57,558 nucleotides of DNA. Origin: Candidatus Alkanophaga volatiphilum (GTDB taxonomy: Archaea > Halobacteriota > Syntropharchaeia > Alkanophagales > B39-G2). The translations under genes and the position numbers were made by a program. The stretch lies in the NCBI GenBank assembly GCA_029259545.1, contig JAPHEE010000008.1, positions 1 through 57,558 on the forward strand. Reading direction: 5' to 3'. The notes under the pieces are model-generated. The model saw only the letters and a list, made by a program, of their open reading frames with translations. It was not told where the DNA came from and did no database searches. Numbering within the stretch: the stretch's first letter is position 1; each line of letters opens with the position of its first letter. Shown here in pieces: positions 8,943 to 18,191 of this stretch.

Positions 8943-9115
8943 AATCAGACCCCTTTTCGTGACATTTTACGCATGGTATTTCTCATGTAGGTCGTGTTTA
9001 ATCCAATGTAGCTCCACGCGTGCCGACCGCGCGGGCGTCATCTTTCTGAGAGCGTCGCTTCATGCGAAAAAGCTAACGCCTATCCTCTTTCTAAGTTGTG
9101 CTGGGGCATGGTGGC

Positions 9116-9131
9116 ATAAAAGATTTATTTT
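9116..9131 (+). promoter_or_regulatory. Candidate BRE/TATA for rpoF (near-leaderless)
   Basis: ataaaagatttatttt is centred about 25 nt upstream of the ATG at 9152. Confidence 0.3.
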
Positions 9132-9151
9132 CCATTGCCAATTTTAAGCCG

Positions 9152-9496
9152 ATGATCGTAAAGCAGGTGTTAAGCGAGGAGTTGCTGACGCTTGCAGAAG
9201 TACACGAGATATTGAAGTCCATCAAGGAGGAGCATAAGGACGAAGAGATGAGTTACGAAAAGCGGCGGGTGCTGGAGTACTCGACGAAGTTCTCAAAAAC
9301 GAATGCAAAAGCTTCAAGAGAGCTTCTGAATGAGCTTCTGAAGCTGGAGAAGATGAATGAGTTCATAGCTGTGAAGATTGTGGATTTGATGCCGAAGAGT
9401 CGGGAGGAACTCCGCTCGATATATGCAAAGGAGGGATACACGCTCACCGAGGAGGAATTGGACGCGATACTCGACATAGTGGCGAAGTATGAGTAA
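9152..9496 (+). CDS. rpoF: DNA-directed RNA polymerase subunit F (Rpo4)
   Basis: ~114 aa. Begins MIVKQVLSEELLTLAEVHEILK and has a typical Rpo4/RpoF helical pattern. Followed by the DUF655 gene, as in many archaea. Confidence 0.7.
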   Translation: MIVKQVLSEELLTLAEVHEILKSIKEEHKDEEMSYEKRRVLEYSTKFSKTNAKASRELLNELLKLEKMNEFIAVKIVDLMPKSREELRSIYAKEGYTLTEEELDAILDIVAKYE

Positions 9497-10124
9497 CATG
9501 GTGGGTAGGGGTATAAGGATGGTTCTTAAGGGGATGAAAGCGAAGAAGGACAGAGAAACCCACGCATGGGTGCTGGACCTTTTGCCTTATGGCTACCCCG
9601 ATGACCCACGCCCCGTGTATCAGAAGAAGCCGGTGGTGCAAGCTGTCGGGGAGGACAGATTCACGCTCATGGAACTTTCGCCAAAGAAGGGTAAAATGCC
9701 TAGCCTTCACGAACGTGTTTACATCGGGGAGGGGCACAGGGACATTATCGACCATGTGAACCGCCGTCTGAAGTACGACGACTTGACGCCATCTGCGAAA
9801 ATCGAGCTGACTTATGTTTTGGAGAAGATAGTCAAAGAGAATGAAGAGAAGTTCATACGAGTGTTCAACGAGGCGGGACCGATAACGACGCGGCTCCATA
9901 CGCTCGACCTTCTACCAGGTATCGGGAAAAAGCTGATGTGGGCGATTCTCGAAGAGCGTAAGAAGGGCCCTTTTAAGAGTTTTGAGGACTTGACGAGGCG
10001 TGTTAAGGGTTTGTATCACCCTGAGAAAATAATAGCACGGCGGATAGAAGAAGAACTTAAGGATGAAAACCTCAAATACAAATTGTTCGTTGGTAAAGAG
10101 CGGATATTCGAGGTGAGCCATTAG
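9489..10124 (+). CDS. DUF655-family putative nucleic-acid-binding protein (OB fold + HhH)
   Basis: AWVLDLLPYGYPDD..., C-terminal HTLDLLPGIGKKLMWAILEER helix-hairpin-helix, and conserved position after rpoF. Confidence 0.6.
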   Translation: MSNMVGRGIRMVLKGMKAKKDRETHAWVLDLLPYGYPDDPRPVYQKKPVVQAVGEDRFTLMELSPKKGKMPSLHERVYIGEGHRDIIDHVNRRLKYDDLTPSAKIELTYVLEKIVKENEEKFIRVFNEAGPITTRLHTLDLLPGIGKKLMWAILEERKKGPFKSFEDLTRRVKGLYHPEKIIARRIEEELKDENLKYKLFVGKERIFEVSH

Positions 10125-10133
10125 GGTGTGTCT

Positions 10134-10478
10134 ATGGATAAATACTGTCCTAAGTGCGGGTTCAGGGTCGATGACTTTTATTTTTGCCCTGCTTGCGGCT
10201 ATGACTTGCGACGGCGTGCGAGGGCTGCGACGCCTCCGCCGAACCCATTGGTTGCAGCGATCCTCAACTTCATATTCCTCGGCGCGGGCTACATATACAT
10301 GAGAAAAAGGCTCAAGCTCGGCTTTGGGCTACTTCTTGTCTTCCTTTTGTCCCTACTGGGTGTCGCCGCCATGCAACTGAAAAGCACGGACGTCGGGCTT
10401 CTTATTCTTGTAGTCGCTGACACCATCCTCTCGCTCTCGCTTGCGATCGACGCCTATGAGACTGCGAAGCTCGGCTGA
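10134..10478 (+). CDS. Zinc-ribbon membrane protein
   Basis: CPKCG..CPACG ribbon followed by two or three hydrophobic helices. Confidence 0.5.
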   Translation: MDKYCPKCGFRVDDFYFCPACGYDLRRRARAATPPPNPLVAAILNFIFLGAGYIYMRKRLKLGFGLLLVFLLSLLGVAAMQLKSTDVGLLILVVADTILSLSLAIDAYETAKLG

Positions 10479-10500
10479 CGCCCGAAAGTTTTTATCTTCC

Positions 10501-11835
10501 CGTTGCTTGCAAGACCCATAATGGGGACACAGGGGAGGTGGGCGGGTAGTTAAGTTTAAATGGCTTTAGAAACGAAAATCTTCAGGGATGTTCCCGTGAA
10601 GAAGGAAGTTCAGCTAACTGTGGTAGGAAAAGTTTTCAGACCGAACAGAAGGAAAGTTTTAGCCCTGAATAAGTGCTTGAGGGAGTATTTCAAACTTGTG
10701 AACTGGTATCTCAGCTTTAACTCGACATCAAAGACTTCTCTGCACAGAAATGGCTATGAAAAAGCTAAACAACTGTTCAACCTCAACACAGCCCTAATTC
10801 AGACAGCGAGAGATAAGGCAGTAGAAATTCTAAAGAGCTTCAACAAAAAGAAGAAAGAAGGCAAGGTTAATACTGAGAGACCAAAGCTAAAGAGAATTTC
10901 AATCCGCTTTGACGAAAGATGCTACTCCTTTGCTAAAACAACAAATAAACTAACACCATACTGGCTAACTCTAAGTTTGAATCGCAGGAAGAGAGTAACT
11001 TTGCCAATAATCTTCGGTAAAAGACAGCAGAAGTTCATAGAGGAAGCTTTGCAAGGTGAATGGGGATTTTGCACGGTAGAAGCGGTAAAGAGAAACGGGG
11101 AGTGGTATGCCCACTTCGTGCTCAAGAAAGAGATTGAGCTAATCGATGAACCGGAAACGGTCATTGGTGTGGATTTGGGAGAGTGGAATGTTGCTACTGC
11201 CGTCGCTGTTTCAAAGCAAAATCCAGAGCCTATGAGAGGCGGATTCTGGAGCGGTGCAAAGATAAGAGAAATTAGAGGGAAACATGCTCATATCAGAAGG
11301 AATTTGCAGAGAAAGAAGAGACCAGACTTGGTTAAGCGGATCGGTCATAAGGAGGAGAGGATGGTAAACCAACAACTGCATATAGCAAATGAAATCATAG
11401 CCTACGCCAAACAGTTCGAAAAACCAGTAATAGCTATGGAGGAGCTTGATGGAATTAGAGAAGATATGAATACCTCAGCTAAACTCAACAGAAGGTTACA
11501 TACTTGGAGCTTTCGAAAATTACAGCAATACATTGAATACAAAGCCAATTTAGAGGGAGTTCCCATAGTAGTGTATGTTAATCCAAAGAATACCTCGAAA
11601 AGATGTCATAGATGCGGGCATGTTGCCCAAGCTAATGGGAGAGAGTTTAAGTGTCCCAACTGTGGTTTGAAATATAATCGAGATATGAACGCTGCAATCA
11701 ACATAGCCCATGCCTTAAGAGGCATGGGATGGGGAAGCAGTGAACCCCCCGGACTCCCAGATGAGGTCCTGACGCAAAGTCAGGATGGAACGGGAGAAGC
11801 CCCGTCCGTAGGGCGGGGTAGTTCACTACGGCGAC
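10501..11835 (+). mobile_element. IS200/IS605-type element carrying tnpB only (no Y1 TnpA); boundaries approximate
   Basis: Left end cgttgcttgcaagaccc-ataat-gggg...aggggaggtggg. Right end has hairpins tcctgac-gcaaa-gtcagga and ccccgtcc-gta-gggcgggg. Low G+C. Confidence 0.6.
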
Positions 11836-11906
11836 GACGAATCATTGACGGCGTGGCGCAAGCGAAAAGGAAGTGTTCAAAGTTGAGGTGCTTCCCATGC
11901 CGCTGA
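10560..11906 (+). CDS. tnpB: TnpB (IS605 OrfB-family RNA-guided endonuclease); C-terminal ~45 codons probably read through the omega-RNA region
   Basis: RuvC-I GVDLGEWN, RuvC-II VIAMEELDG, zinc finger CHRCGH..CPNCG, RuvC-III RDMNAAINIA. Confidence 0.85.
   Translation: MALETKIFRDVPVKKEVQLTVVGKVFRPNRRKVLALNKCLREYFKLVNWYLSFNSTSKTSLHRNGYEKAKQLFNLNTALIQTARDKAVEILKSFNKKKKEGKVNTERPKLKRISIRFDERCYSFAKTTNKLTPYWLTLSLNRRKRVTLPIIFGKRQQKFIEEALQGEWGFCTVEAVKRNGEWYAHFVLKKEIELIDEPETVIGVDLGEWNVATAVAVSKQNPEPMRGGFWSGAKIREIRGKHAHIRRNLQRKKRPDLVKRIGHKEERMVNQQLHIANEIIAYAKQFEKPVIAMEELDGIREDMNTSAKLNRRLHTWSFRKLQQYIEYKANLEGVPIVVYVNPKNTSKRCHRCGHVAQANGREFKCPNCGLKYNRDMNAAINIAHALRGMGWGSSEPPGLPDEVLTQSQDGTGEAPSVGRGSSLRRRRIIDGVAQAKRKCSKLRCFPCR
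11700..11835 (+). ncRNA. Candidate omega-RNA scaffold overlapping the tnpB 3' end
   Basis: Perfect 7-bp hairpin at 11767..11785 and a gggagaagccccgtccgtagggcgggg hairpin at about 11795..11819. The same architecture recurs in two gene-less copies at 30.5 and 50.3 kb. Confidence 0.4.
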
Positions 11907-11970
11907 GACGCTTACTTAAGTCCGATGGAGGTGAGGCGGCGGCTCTGAGTGTGGGCTGCCACACGGGCTT

Positions 11971-13053
11971 ATGAAGACTTCAAAGAGGAAGATAGAGCAT
12001 TTGCTCTTGTGTGCCGAGAAGGATGTGGAGGCGAAACGCAATTATTTCGATGACGTGCATTTAGTGCATGTGGCGCTCCCTGAAGTCGATAAGGACGAAA
12101 TCGACACGAGCGTCGAGTTTCTCGGCTTTGAGCTCAGCTTTCCGATGATGATAGCAGCGATGACCGGCGGGCATCCGGAGACGAAGCGGATAAACGAGGC
12201 GCTCGCAAGAGCAGCAGAAGAATTCCATATCGGCATGGGCGTCGGCTCACAAAGGGCGGCGCTCGAAGACCCCTCCCAAGAAGACTCGTTCCGTATTGTC
12301 AGAGACGTCGCGCCCACAACCTTCATATATGCGAACATCGGCGCCCTGCAATTGAAAGAGTTCGGCGTGGAAGGAGTCGAGAAAATCATTGAAATGATAG
12401 ATGCGGACGCCGTTGCCATCCATCTGAACTTCCTACAAGAAGCCATACAGCCTGAGGGCGAAACTGCCGCCCGCGGCTGTCTTTCTGCAATAAAGGAAGC
12501 GTGCGCCTCGCTTAAAGTCCCGGTGATCGTGAAAGAGACGGGCGCCGGCATGTCGTATGGCGTTGCTAAAAGGCTTTTCGAGGCTGGCGTCTCCGCAATA
12601 GACGTTGGCGGGCTCGGCGGGACGAGCTGGGCAGCCGTCGAAACGTACAGGGCGATGCGGGAGAAGGACGAGCTTGGGGAGCGTCTCGGGCGGCTTTTCT
12701 GGAACTGGGGGATCCCGACGCCGGTGAGTATTGTGGAATGCAGCAGCTTGCCGCTGCCAATAATTGCGACCGGCGGGATACGTTCCGGTCTCGAGATCGC
12801 AAAAAGCTTGGCTCTGGGCGCTGACGTTTGCAGCGCCGCACTTCCATTCGTTAAGCCAGCAATGCGGGGCGCTGAGGAGGTCGAAAAGGTTTTAGAAATC
12901 ATGGCTGAGGAGTTAAGAGTCACGATGTTCTTGTGTGGCTGCAGCAACATTGAGGAGCTGAAGAGGGCGGAGATAATCGTCACTGGAAAAACGAGAGAGA
13001 TGCTCGAGCAAAGGGGTTTTTTGAGGAGGGTCCAAAAGGCTAAGGAGAAATGA
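11971..13053 (+). CDS. fni: Isopentenyl-diphosphate delta-isomerase, type 2 (FMN-dependent)
   Basis: TIM-barrel FMN-enzyme pattern: MIAAMTGG, GVGSQRAALE, VKETGAGMS, ATGGIRSGLE. ~360 aa. Confidence 0.85.
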   Translation: MKTSKRKIEHLLLCAEKDVEAKRNYFDDVHLVHVALPEVDKDEIDTSVEFLGFELSFPMMIAAMTGGHPETKRINEALARAAEEFHIGMGVGSQRAALEDPSQEDSFRIVRDVAPTTFIYANIGALQLKEFGVEGVEKIIEMIDADAVAIHLNFLQEAIQPEGETAARGCLSAIKEACASLKVPVIVKETGAGMSYGVAKRLFEAGVSAIDVGGLGGTSWAAVETYRAMREKDELGERLGRLFWNWGIPTPVSIVECSSLPLPIIATGGIRSGLEIAKSLALGADVCSAALPFVKPAMRGAEEVEKVLEIMAEELRVTMFLCGCSNIEELKRAEIIVTGKTREMLEQRGFLRRVQKAKEK

Positions 13054-13073
13054 ATTGATGGGTGTGGAGGATT

Positions 13074-14141
13074 ATGGAAGCGGGTAAGTTTGGAAAGATA
13101 AAAATGATGCAGCTTCCAAGGTACGTGCTTGTAGGGCATGGCGTCTTGGAGGAGGTCGCAGCAGTTTGTAAGCGGCTGAAGCTGAGTGGCGTCGCTCTCG
13201 TCGTGACCGGAAGTACGACGAGACACGTCGCCGGCGAGGGCGTTCTCGAAATGCTTGCCGACAGTGGCTACGACTGTGGCTTGGTAGAGGTGCGTTCTGC
13301 GAGCACCGAAAGTGTGGAAAAAGTGAAAAGTGTTGCTGAGGAATGTCGTGCCACTTTCATGATCGCGGTGGGCGGCGGGAAGGTCATAGACGTTGCGAAG
13401 GTCGCATCTTGCGTGTTGGACGTCCCCTTCATTTCGGTGCCGACCATCGCATCGCACGACGGCATCGCGTCACCTCGTGCCTCAATTAAAGACAAGGGCG
13501 TGAACACGTCCGTCGCGGCGCAGGCGCCGCTCGCGATCATTGCCGACACCAAAATCATAGCGGAGGCACCGCATCGCTTCCTTGCGGCGGGCTGCGGCGA
13601 CATCATCTCGAATTACACGGCGGTCATGGACTGGCGGCTGGCGCACAGGCTGAAGAACGCCGAGTTCAGCAGTTATGCCGCCGCACTTTCTGAAATGACC
13701 GCGAAGATGATCATGGAACGCTCGAAGGAAATAAAGCCGAACCTTGAGGAGTCCGCTTGGATAGTCGTGAAGGCACTCGTATCGAGTGGCGTTGCGATCA
13801 GCATCGCCGGCTCGTCAGCGCCGGCATCTGGCGCAGAACACAAATTCAGCCACGCTCTTGATATGATCGCCCCAAAGCCGGCATTGCACGGCGAGCAGTG
13901 TGGTGTCGGCGCCATCATGATGTCATACTTGCACGGAGCGGAGTGGAAGTACGTGCGGGATGCGCTGAGGAACGTAGGGGCACCGACGAACGCAAAAGAG
14001 TTAGGTATAAAGGACGAATACATAATAGAGGCGTTGGTGCAGGCGCATAAGATAAACCCTGAGAGGTACACGATTTTGGGCGATACCGGACTGACGTACG
14101 AGGCGGCGGAGCGGCTTGCGACGATAACAGAGGTCATATGA
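13074..14141 (+). CDS. egsA: Glycerol-1-phosphate dehydrogenase [NAD(P)+]
   Basis: Fe/Zn-ADH-like fold with GGGKVIDVAK and the histidine pair in AEHKFSHALD..LHGEQCG. ggagg RBS precedes the ATG at 13074. Confidence 0.8.
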   Translation: MEAGKFGKIKMMQLPRYVLVGHGVLEEVAAVCKRLKLSGVALVVTGSTTRHVAGEGVLEMLADSGYDCGLVEVRSASTESVEKVKSVAEECRATFMIAVGGGKVIDVAKVASCVLDVPFISVPTIASHDGIASPRASIKDKGVNTSVAAQAPLAIIADTKIIAEAPHRFLAAGCGDIISNYTAVMDWRLAHRLKNAEFSSYAAALSEMTAKMIMERSKEIKPNLEESAWIVVKALVSSGVAISIAGSSAPASGAEHKFSHALDMIAPKPALHGEQCGVGAIMMSYLHGAEWKYVRDALRNVGAPTNAKELGIKDEYIIEALVQAHKINPERYTILGDTGLTYEAAERLATITEVI

Positions 14142-14190
14142 AGGTATGGCAAGCATTTTTGGAAGGATAAAGGGGATAAGGGAGGAAAAG

Positions 14191-14637
14191 ATGAAAGAAA
14201 GTAGGTCTACCACCCTGATAGGGGTGAAATTGGCGAAGGTAGGAGAGGAATTCATATTCTTAGGAGCCGCACGTGAATGCGAGGGTTGCAAGCTCAGAAG
14301 CACCTGTATGAATCTCGAAGAGGGTAGGAGGTATAGGATAGAGGAAGTAAGAGATGATATCAGACATGATTGCCCTCTTCACGACGGCGGCGTCTGCGTC
14401 ATCCGCGTCGTGGAGCCGCCGATAACCGTGGCGATAGAGGCGAGAAAGGCGTTTGAAGGCTCGAAAATAGTCTTTGAGCCGCCAGAATGCGACAAGAACG
14501 AGTGCGAACAATACGAACTGTGTCATCCACCGGGTCTCAAAAGGGGAGACAAGTGCACGATACTACGAACTCTGGGGAATTTGCCTGATGCCTGTGCAAA
14601 GGGGCACTTGCTGAAATTAGTGGAGGTAAAGAGATAA
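14191..14637 (+). CDS. UPF0179-family Cys-rich protein
   Basis: TTLIGVKLAKVGEEFIFLGAARECEGCKLRSTCMNLEEGRRYRIEEVR..HDCPLHDGGVCV matches the UPF0179 pattern as I recall it. Confidence 0.6.
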   Translation: MKESRSTTLIGVKLAKVGEEFIFLGAARECEGCKLRSTCMNLEEGRRYRIEEVRDDIRHDCPLHDGGVCVIRVVEPPITVAIEARKAFEGSKIVFEPPECDKNECEQYELCHPPGLKRGDKCTILRTLGNLPDACAKGHLLKLVEVKR

Positions 14638-14643
14638 ATATCC

Positions 14644-14913
14644 CTATTTTGAGCCCAGTCCTAACCCCTTTATGCCGAAGGTCTTTGGTACTTTCTCCTT
14701 CTCGTAAATGTACTGGTTACCACAGATCGGGCACTCCGGCTCGTACAAGAACTGATCTGGTGTACCTCTGAGCGAGCAGTTCGGACACTCATATTCTGCG
14801 CCGCCTTTCCTCTTTATCAGGCGGCGCCTGTGCCCCGTTCGACACGCTGGGCATACATAAACATATACGGGTTCTCCTTCCCAACCACATGCGTTGCAAT
14901 AATATGTCGCCAT
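14644..14913 (-). CDS. Small double zinc-ribbon protein
   Basis: Four CxxC pairs: CNAC, CPAC, CPNC, CPIC. 89 aa. Confidence 0.55.
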   Translation of the reverse strand: MATYYCNACGWEGEPVYVYVCPACRTGHRRRLIKRKGGAEYECPNCSLRGTPDQFLYEPECPICGNQYIYEKEKVPKTFGIKGLGLGSK

Positions 14914-14931
14914 GTTACCATCACCTTTTTA

Positions 14932-15771
14932 TTATTCTTCCTCAGCCCCCACGGGGCATACGGACATGCATCTCGTGCACTTCGGGAAGTTTCCGATGGC
15001 TTCATCCCAGTCTAGAAGCTCTTTGAGCCTCGGGTTCTGCTCCTTGTACTTCGGGAGCACGCTCAGGGCGCTCGGCTTTGCATTTATCCAGTCAAGAGGC
15101 GGCGTGTCGACCTCGGTGACCCGCATGCCTCCGAAGTAGCCCCAGAAGCAGCGGTTGCGCTCGAAATTGTAAGGCGGGTAGTTCTCTTCAGAAAGCGCCC
15201 CCGTCGGACATTCCTCCACACAGGCATTGCACTTCCTGCAGACCTTGCCCACGAGCTTCGGTCCATCAGGTTCGAGCGGTGCGTCCGTGATTATTGAGGC
15301 GAGTAGCACCCTTGGACCGTACTCCGGCGTCACTAAAAGGTTTGACATTCCTTCCTCCCCCAAGCCCGCAATGGTTGCGATGAGCTTGTGGATGTAAGGG
15401 TGCAGTAGCCCACATATCTGGCAGCCTTTGTCGAAAGGAAGTTCTGGTCCTATGTACTTCGCTTTATATCCTTTTTCTTCGAGGAACTTCACCAGCTTTG
15501 CCCCTATAGTGTCGATCTGCCTTTTCAGCGTCACATACGACGAGCCGAAACTTGTGCAGAAAGTGAAGTCGTCCTCGTCGTCGAGCCCTACTGCGTCCTC
15601 TGGGAACGCTACGCAGATTGATATAGCGCACTTCGCCCCATCAACATAATTCTCTGGATCAAAATCCTGCTCTTGCGGAGGGTTCTTTATGAGGCTTGCA
15701 TCGGCTATGCCTATCTTCGCAGCGCCTATCGTCTTCGCAAACTCTATAAGCTCCTCTTTCAAATCCGCCAC
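14932..15771 (-). CDS. 4Fe-4S cluster protein, QueG/reductive-dehalogenase-like
   Basis: CRKCNACVEECP and CTRCMSVCP ferredoxin-type motifs in a ~280-aa protein. Confidence 0.55.
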   Translation of the reverse strand: MADLKEELIEFAKTIGAAKIGIADASLIKNPPQEQDFDPENYVDGAKCAISICVAFPEDAVGLDDEDDFTFCTSFGSSYVTLKRQIDTIGAKLVKFLEEKGYKAKYIGPELPFDKGCQICGLLHPYIHKLIATIAGLGEEGMSNLLVTPEYGPRVLLASIITDAPLEPDGPKLVGKVCRKCNACVEECPTGALSEENYPPYNFERNRCFWGYFGGMRVTEVDTPPLDWINAKPSALSVLPKYKEQNPRLKELLDWDEAIGNFPKCTRCMSVCPVGAEEE

Positions 15772-15877
15772 TTCAAGCCCCCCTTAAACCTGATACATCA
15801 GCATCTTCTTCACACATATATATGTAGTTTTCCTTATCGCATGCCACATGCGACACCAGAGGGGGGATTCCAAAGTG

Positions 15878-16969
15878 ATGGAGGAAATACGCAGGTATTT
15901 GGAAAGCAAGTTCGGGAAAGGCGTGAATGTGGTACGAGTGAGCGAGCTCACGCCGCAAGGAGAGCAGGAGCTAAAGGGTTTTGGCTATGGCAAGCCGTAT
16001 CTCATCGTGTTCGCGACGCCGCAGGGCGAAAGGCGGGAAGCAGTGCTGTCTTCAATGCGTGGCGACCACTTCGGGCATGAACACTTCGCTGACAGGGCTC
16101 AAATCCTCCTCTGGCAGTATTCTGCTTTCAACAAGCTGCCGAAGCACGTGCGGGCGCTCGACGTCGGGTACTTCGCTCATGACGGATCTTTGAAGTCGGT
16201 GAGCGACGCTGCTGAGTTCTTCCTGCTGTGCGAGAAGGCGGAGGGCGTGGAATACTACAAAGACCTGGAGCGAATAAGCAAGGAGGGGCTTAAACCGCTC
16301 GACGAGGAGCGGGCGGCGGCGCTTGCGGGATATCTTGCGGAGATACACGCAGAGAAGGGCGGTCCGCAGCGGGAAGGGCTTTATATTCGGCGGATAAGGG
16401 AGCTTGTTGGGCACGGCGAGTGCATCTTCGGACTCGTGGACAGCTACTTCACGGGCGGCACGAGCTGCATCGACTTCATGTCCGAAGAAGACTTTTTAGA
16501 GCTGGAGAAGAGCTGCGTGGAGTGGCGGTGGAGGCTGAGGAAGAAAGCGCATAGAGTTTGCGTCGTTCATGGCGATTTTCACCCGTGGAACGTGCTTTTT
16601 CGTGAGGGTACCGACTTCACAGTCCTCGACAGAAGCCGGGGTGAATGGGGGGAAGCCGCCGACGATGTCTCTTCGATGACGATCAACTACATTTTCTGCT
16701 CGCTCTTGAAGTACGGAGAGCTTAAAAATGAGTTTAAAAAGCTTTTCGACGTTTTTTTCGAAACGTACTTGGATAAAACGGGGGATGAAGAACTTTTAGA
16801 GGTGATACAGCCGTTCTACGCGTTCAGAGGCCTCGTAATAGCGTCGCCGCTCTGGTATCCGCACATCTCGACGGGGGTGCGTATGAAAATATTCAGGTTT
16901 ATAAAGAACGTGCTTGCCAGCGAGAGGTTCGAGCTGGGCGATGTGAACAAGTATTTTAAGGAATGGTAG
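15878..16969 (+). CDS. APH/choline-kinase-family phosphotransferase
   Basis: Catalytic-loop VVHGDFHPWNVLF and a downstream VLDRSRGEWG metal-binding Asp. Confidence 0.6.
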   Translation: MEEIRRYLESKFGKGVNVVRVSELTPQGEQELKGFGYGKPYLIVFATPQGERREAVLSSMRGDHFGHEHFADRAQILLWQYSAFNKLPKHVRALDVGYFAHDGSLKSVSDAAEFFLLCEKAEGVEYYKDLERISKEGLKPLDEERAAALAGYLAEIHAEKGGPQREGLYIRRIRELVGHGECIFGLVDSYFTGGTSCIDFMSEEDFLELEKSCVEWRWRLRKKAHRVCVVHGDFHPWNVLFREGTDFTVLDRSRGEWGEAADDVSSMTINYIFCSLLKYGELKNEFKKLFDVFFETYLDKTGDEELLEVIQPFYAFRGLVIASPLWYPHISTGVRMKIFRFIKNVLASERFELGDVNKYFKEW

Positions 16970-17081
16970 CCGTTTGTAGCAGAGAACTTAATGAGGCGAG
17001 CTACTGACGAGCCTCCGCAGTAAATTTATTAGAGAAAAACCGAAAATTTCATAAATAAGGGGCGGGCTGTGAGTGACTGGG

Positions 17082-18191
17082 ATGAGCGTCTGTGAGGAGG
17101 AGCAATACATAAACACGATATTTGAGAACGTGATGAGCGTCCGCCAGGACAAGTTTGAGCGGTTCTACAACGATATTGCGGAGGCTGATTGTCTGATTCC
17201 TGTTGGCGAAGGGCGCTCGCAATGTGCTCTTTACATCGGGTTGAGTCAGATACACAAAGAGGTGAAAACAATAGACGACATAGACTTCCCAGGGCGAAAT
17301 ATCGAGGAGGCTGCGCCGATCCTTGAAAAAGAATATGACAGGATAGCCCTGGTCGTAAACTCTGGAAGTGGCGAGACCGCCATCCCTAAAAGGACGGTAG
17401 AGCAGCTTGTCAGGTACATAGAGGAGACTGGTAGCGACAAATTTACGATCGACGCCATCGTCTCGAACCCGAATTCCTCGATAGGCAGGGTTGACAGGAA
17501 GGAATTTGGCACGGTCATCGAGCTTAAGGGGCGTGAGCGGGTGCCGAACAGCGCAAAAGAGTTCCTGAAGCACGGCATCATGAACGACATCTACGAGCTG
17601 GGCAGCATGCTTCTGATGCAGAAGACGAAGGAGGCGATAAACGAGGGTTTGGACGCTCAGGCGGTCTTCAGGAAGATGGAGGAGGAGATGAAAATTGTGG
17701 GGCGGCTGATCGACGAGTACGTGACATCAGAGCAGCTTGAGTGTCTCATTGAGAAGTTGGAGCGCCGCGGTCATGTCATCATCGGCGGGCTCGGGCCTGC
17801 GAGGAAAGTGGCGAGGATGACCGTCATAAGATTGCAGCACGTGAAGCGGGCAGTTGGTGACGAAGCTTATCTTGCGGGGCCGCTGGCGCCGAAGCCGCGA
17901 GCTGGTGATATTCTCATCGCAATCTCATGGAGCGGCGAGACCGATCCGGTCTTAAAGTGGTGTGAGGAGTTCAAAGCATTCGGTGCATACACGTACTCCA
18001 TCGTGGGCAGACCCTCGAAGCTCTCCAGAATGACCGAAAGTTTCATAGTGAGGTCGTCGCCCGTGGAGTTCTACGAGCGGGCGGCGTTCCTCCTGAGCCC
18101 GCTGCCGCTGAAGCTGGTGGAGCGTCTGGATAAGCGGGGCTTCAAGCTCCCTGAGTACGTGATGAACTGGTACCACTCCGTCACGCACTAG
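17082..18191 (+). CDS. Double SIS-domain sugar-phosphate isomerase/binding protein
   Basis: Two SIS signatures: VVNSGSGET and LIAISWSGETD. Confidence 0.55.
   Translation: MSVCEEEQYINTIFENVMSVRQDKFERFYNDIAEADCLIPVGEGRSQCALYIGLSQIHKEVKTIDDIDFPGRNIEEAAPILEKEYDRIALVVNSGSGETAIPKRTVEQLVRYIEETGSDKFTIDAIVSNPNSSIGRVDRKEFGTVIELKGRERVPNSAKEFLKHGIMNDIYELGSMLLMQKTKEAINEGLDAQAVFRKMEEEMKIVGRLIDEYVTSEQLECLIEKLERRGHVIIGGLGPARKVARMTVIRLQHVKRAVGDEAYLAGPLAPKPRAGDILIAISWSGETDPVLKWCEEFKAFGAYTYSIVGRPSKLSRMTESFIVRSSPVEFYERAAFLLSPLPLKLVERLDKRGFKLPEYVMNWYHSVTH

Noticed and set aside
12042-13457. 471-aa minus-strand ORF spanning fni and egsA
   Set aside because: It is antisense to two strongly recognisable genes. Its S/A/P-rich low-complexity translation is typical of shadow ORFs in G+C-rich DNA.
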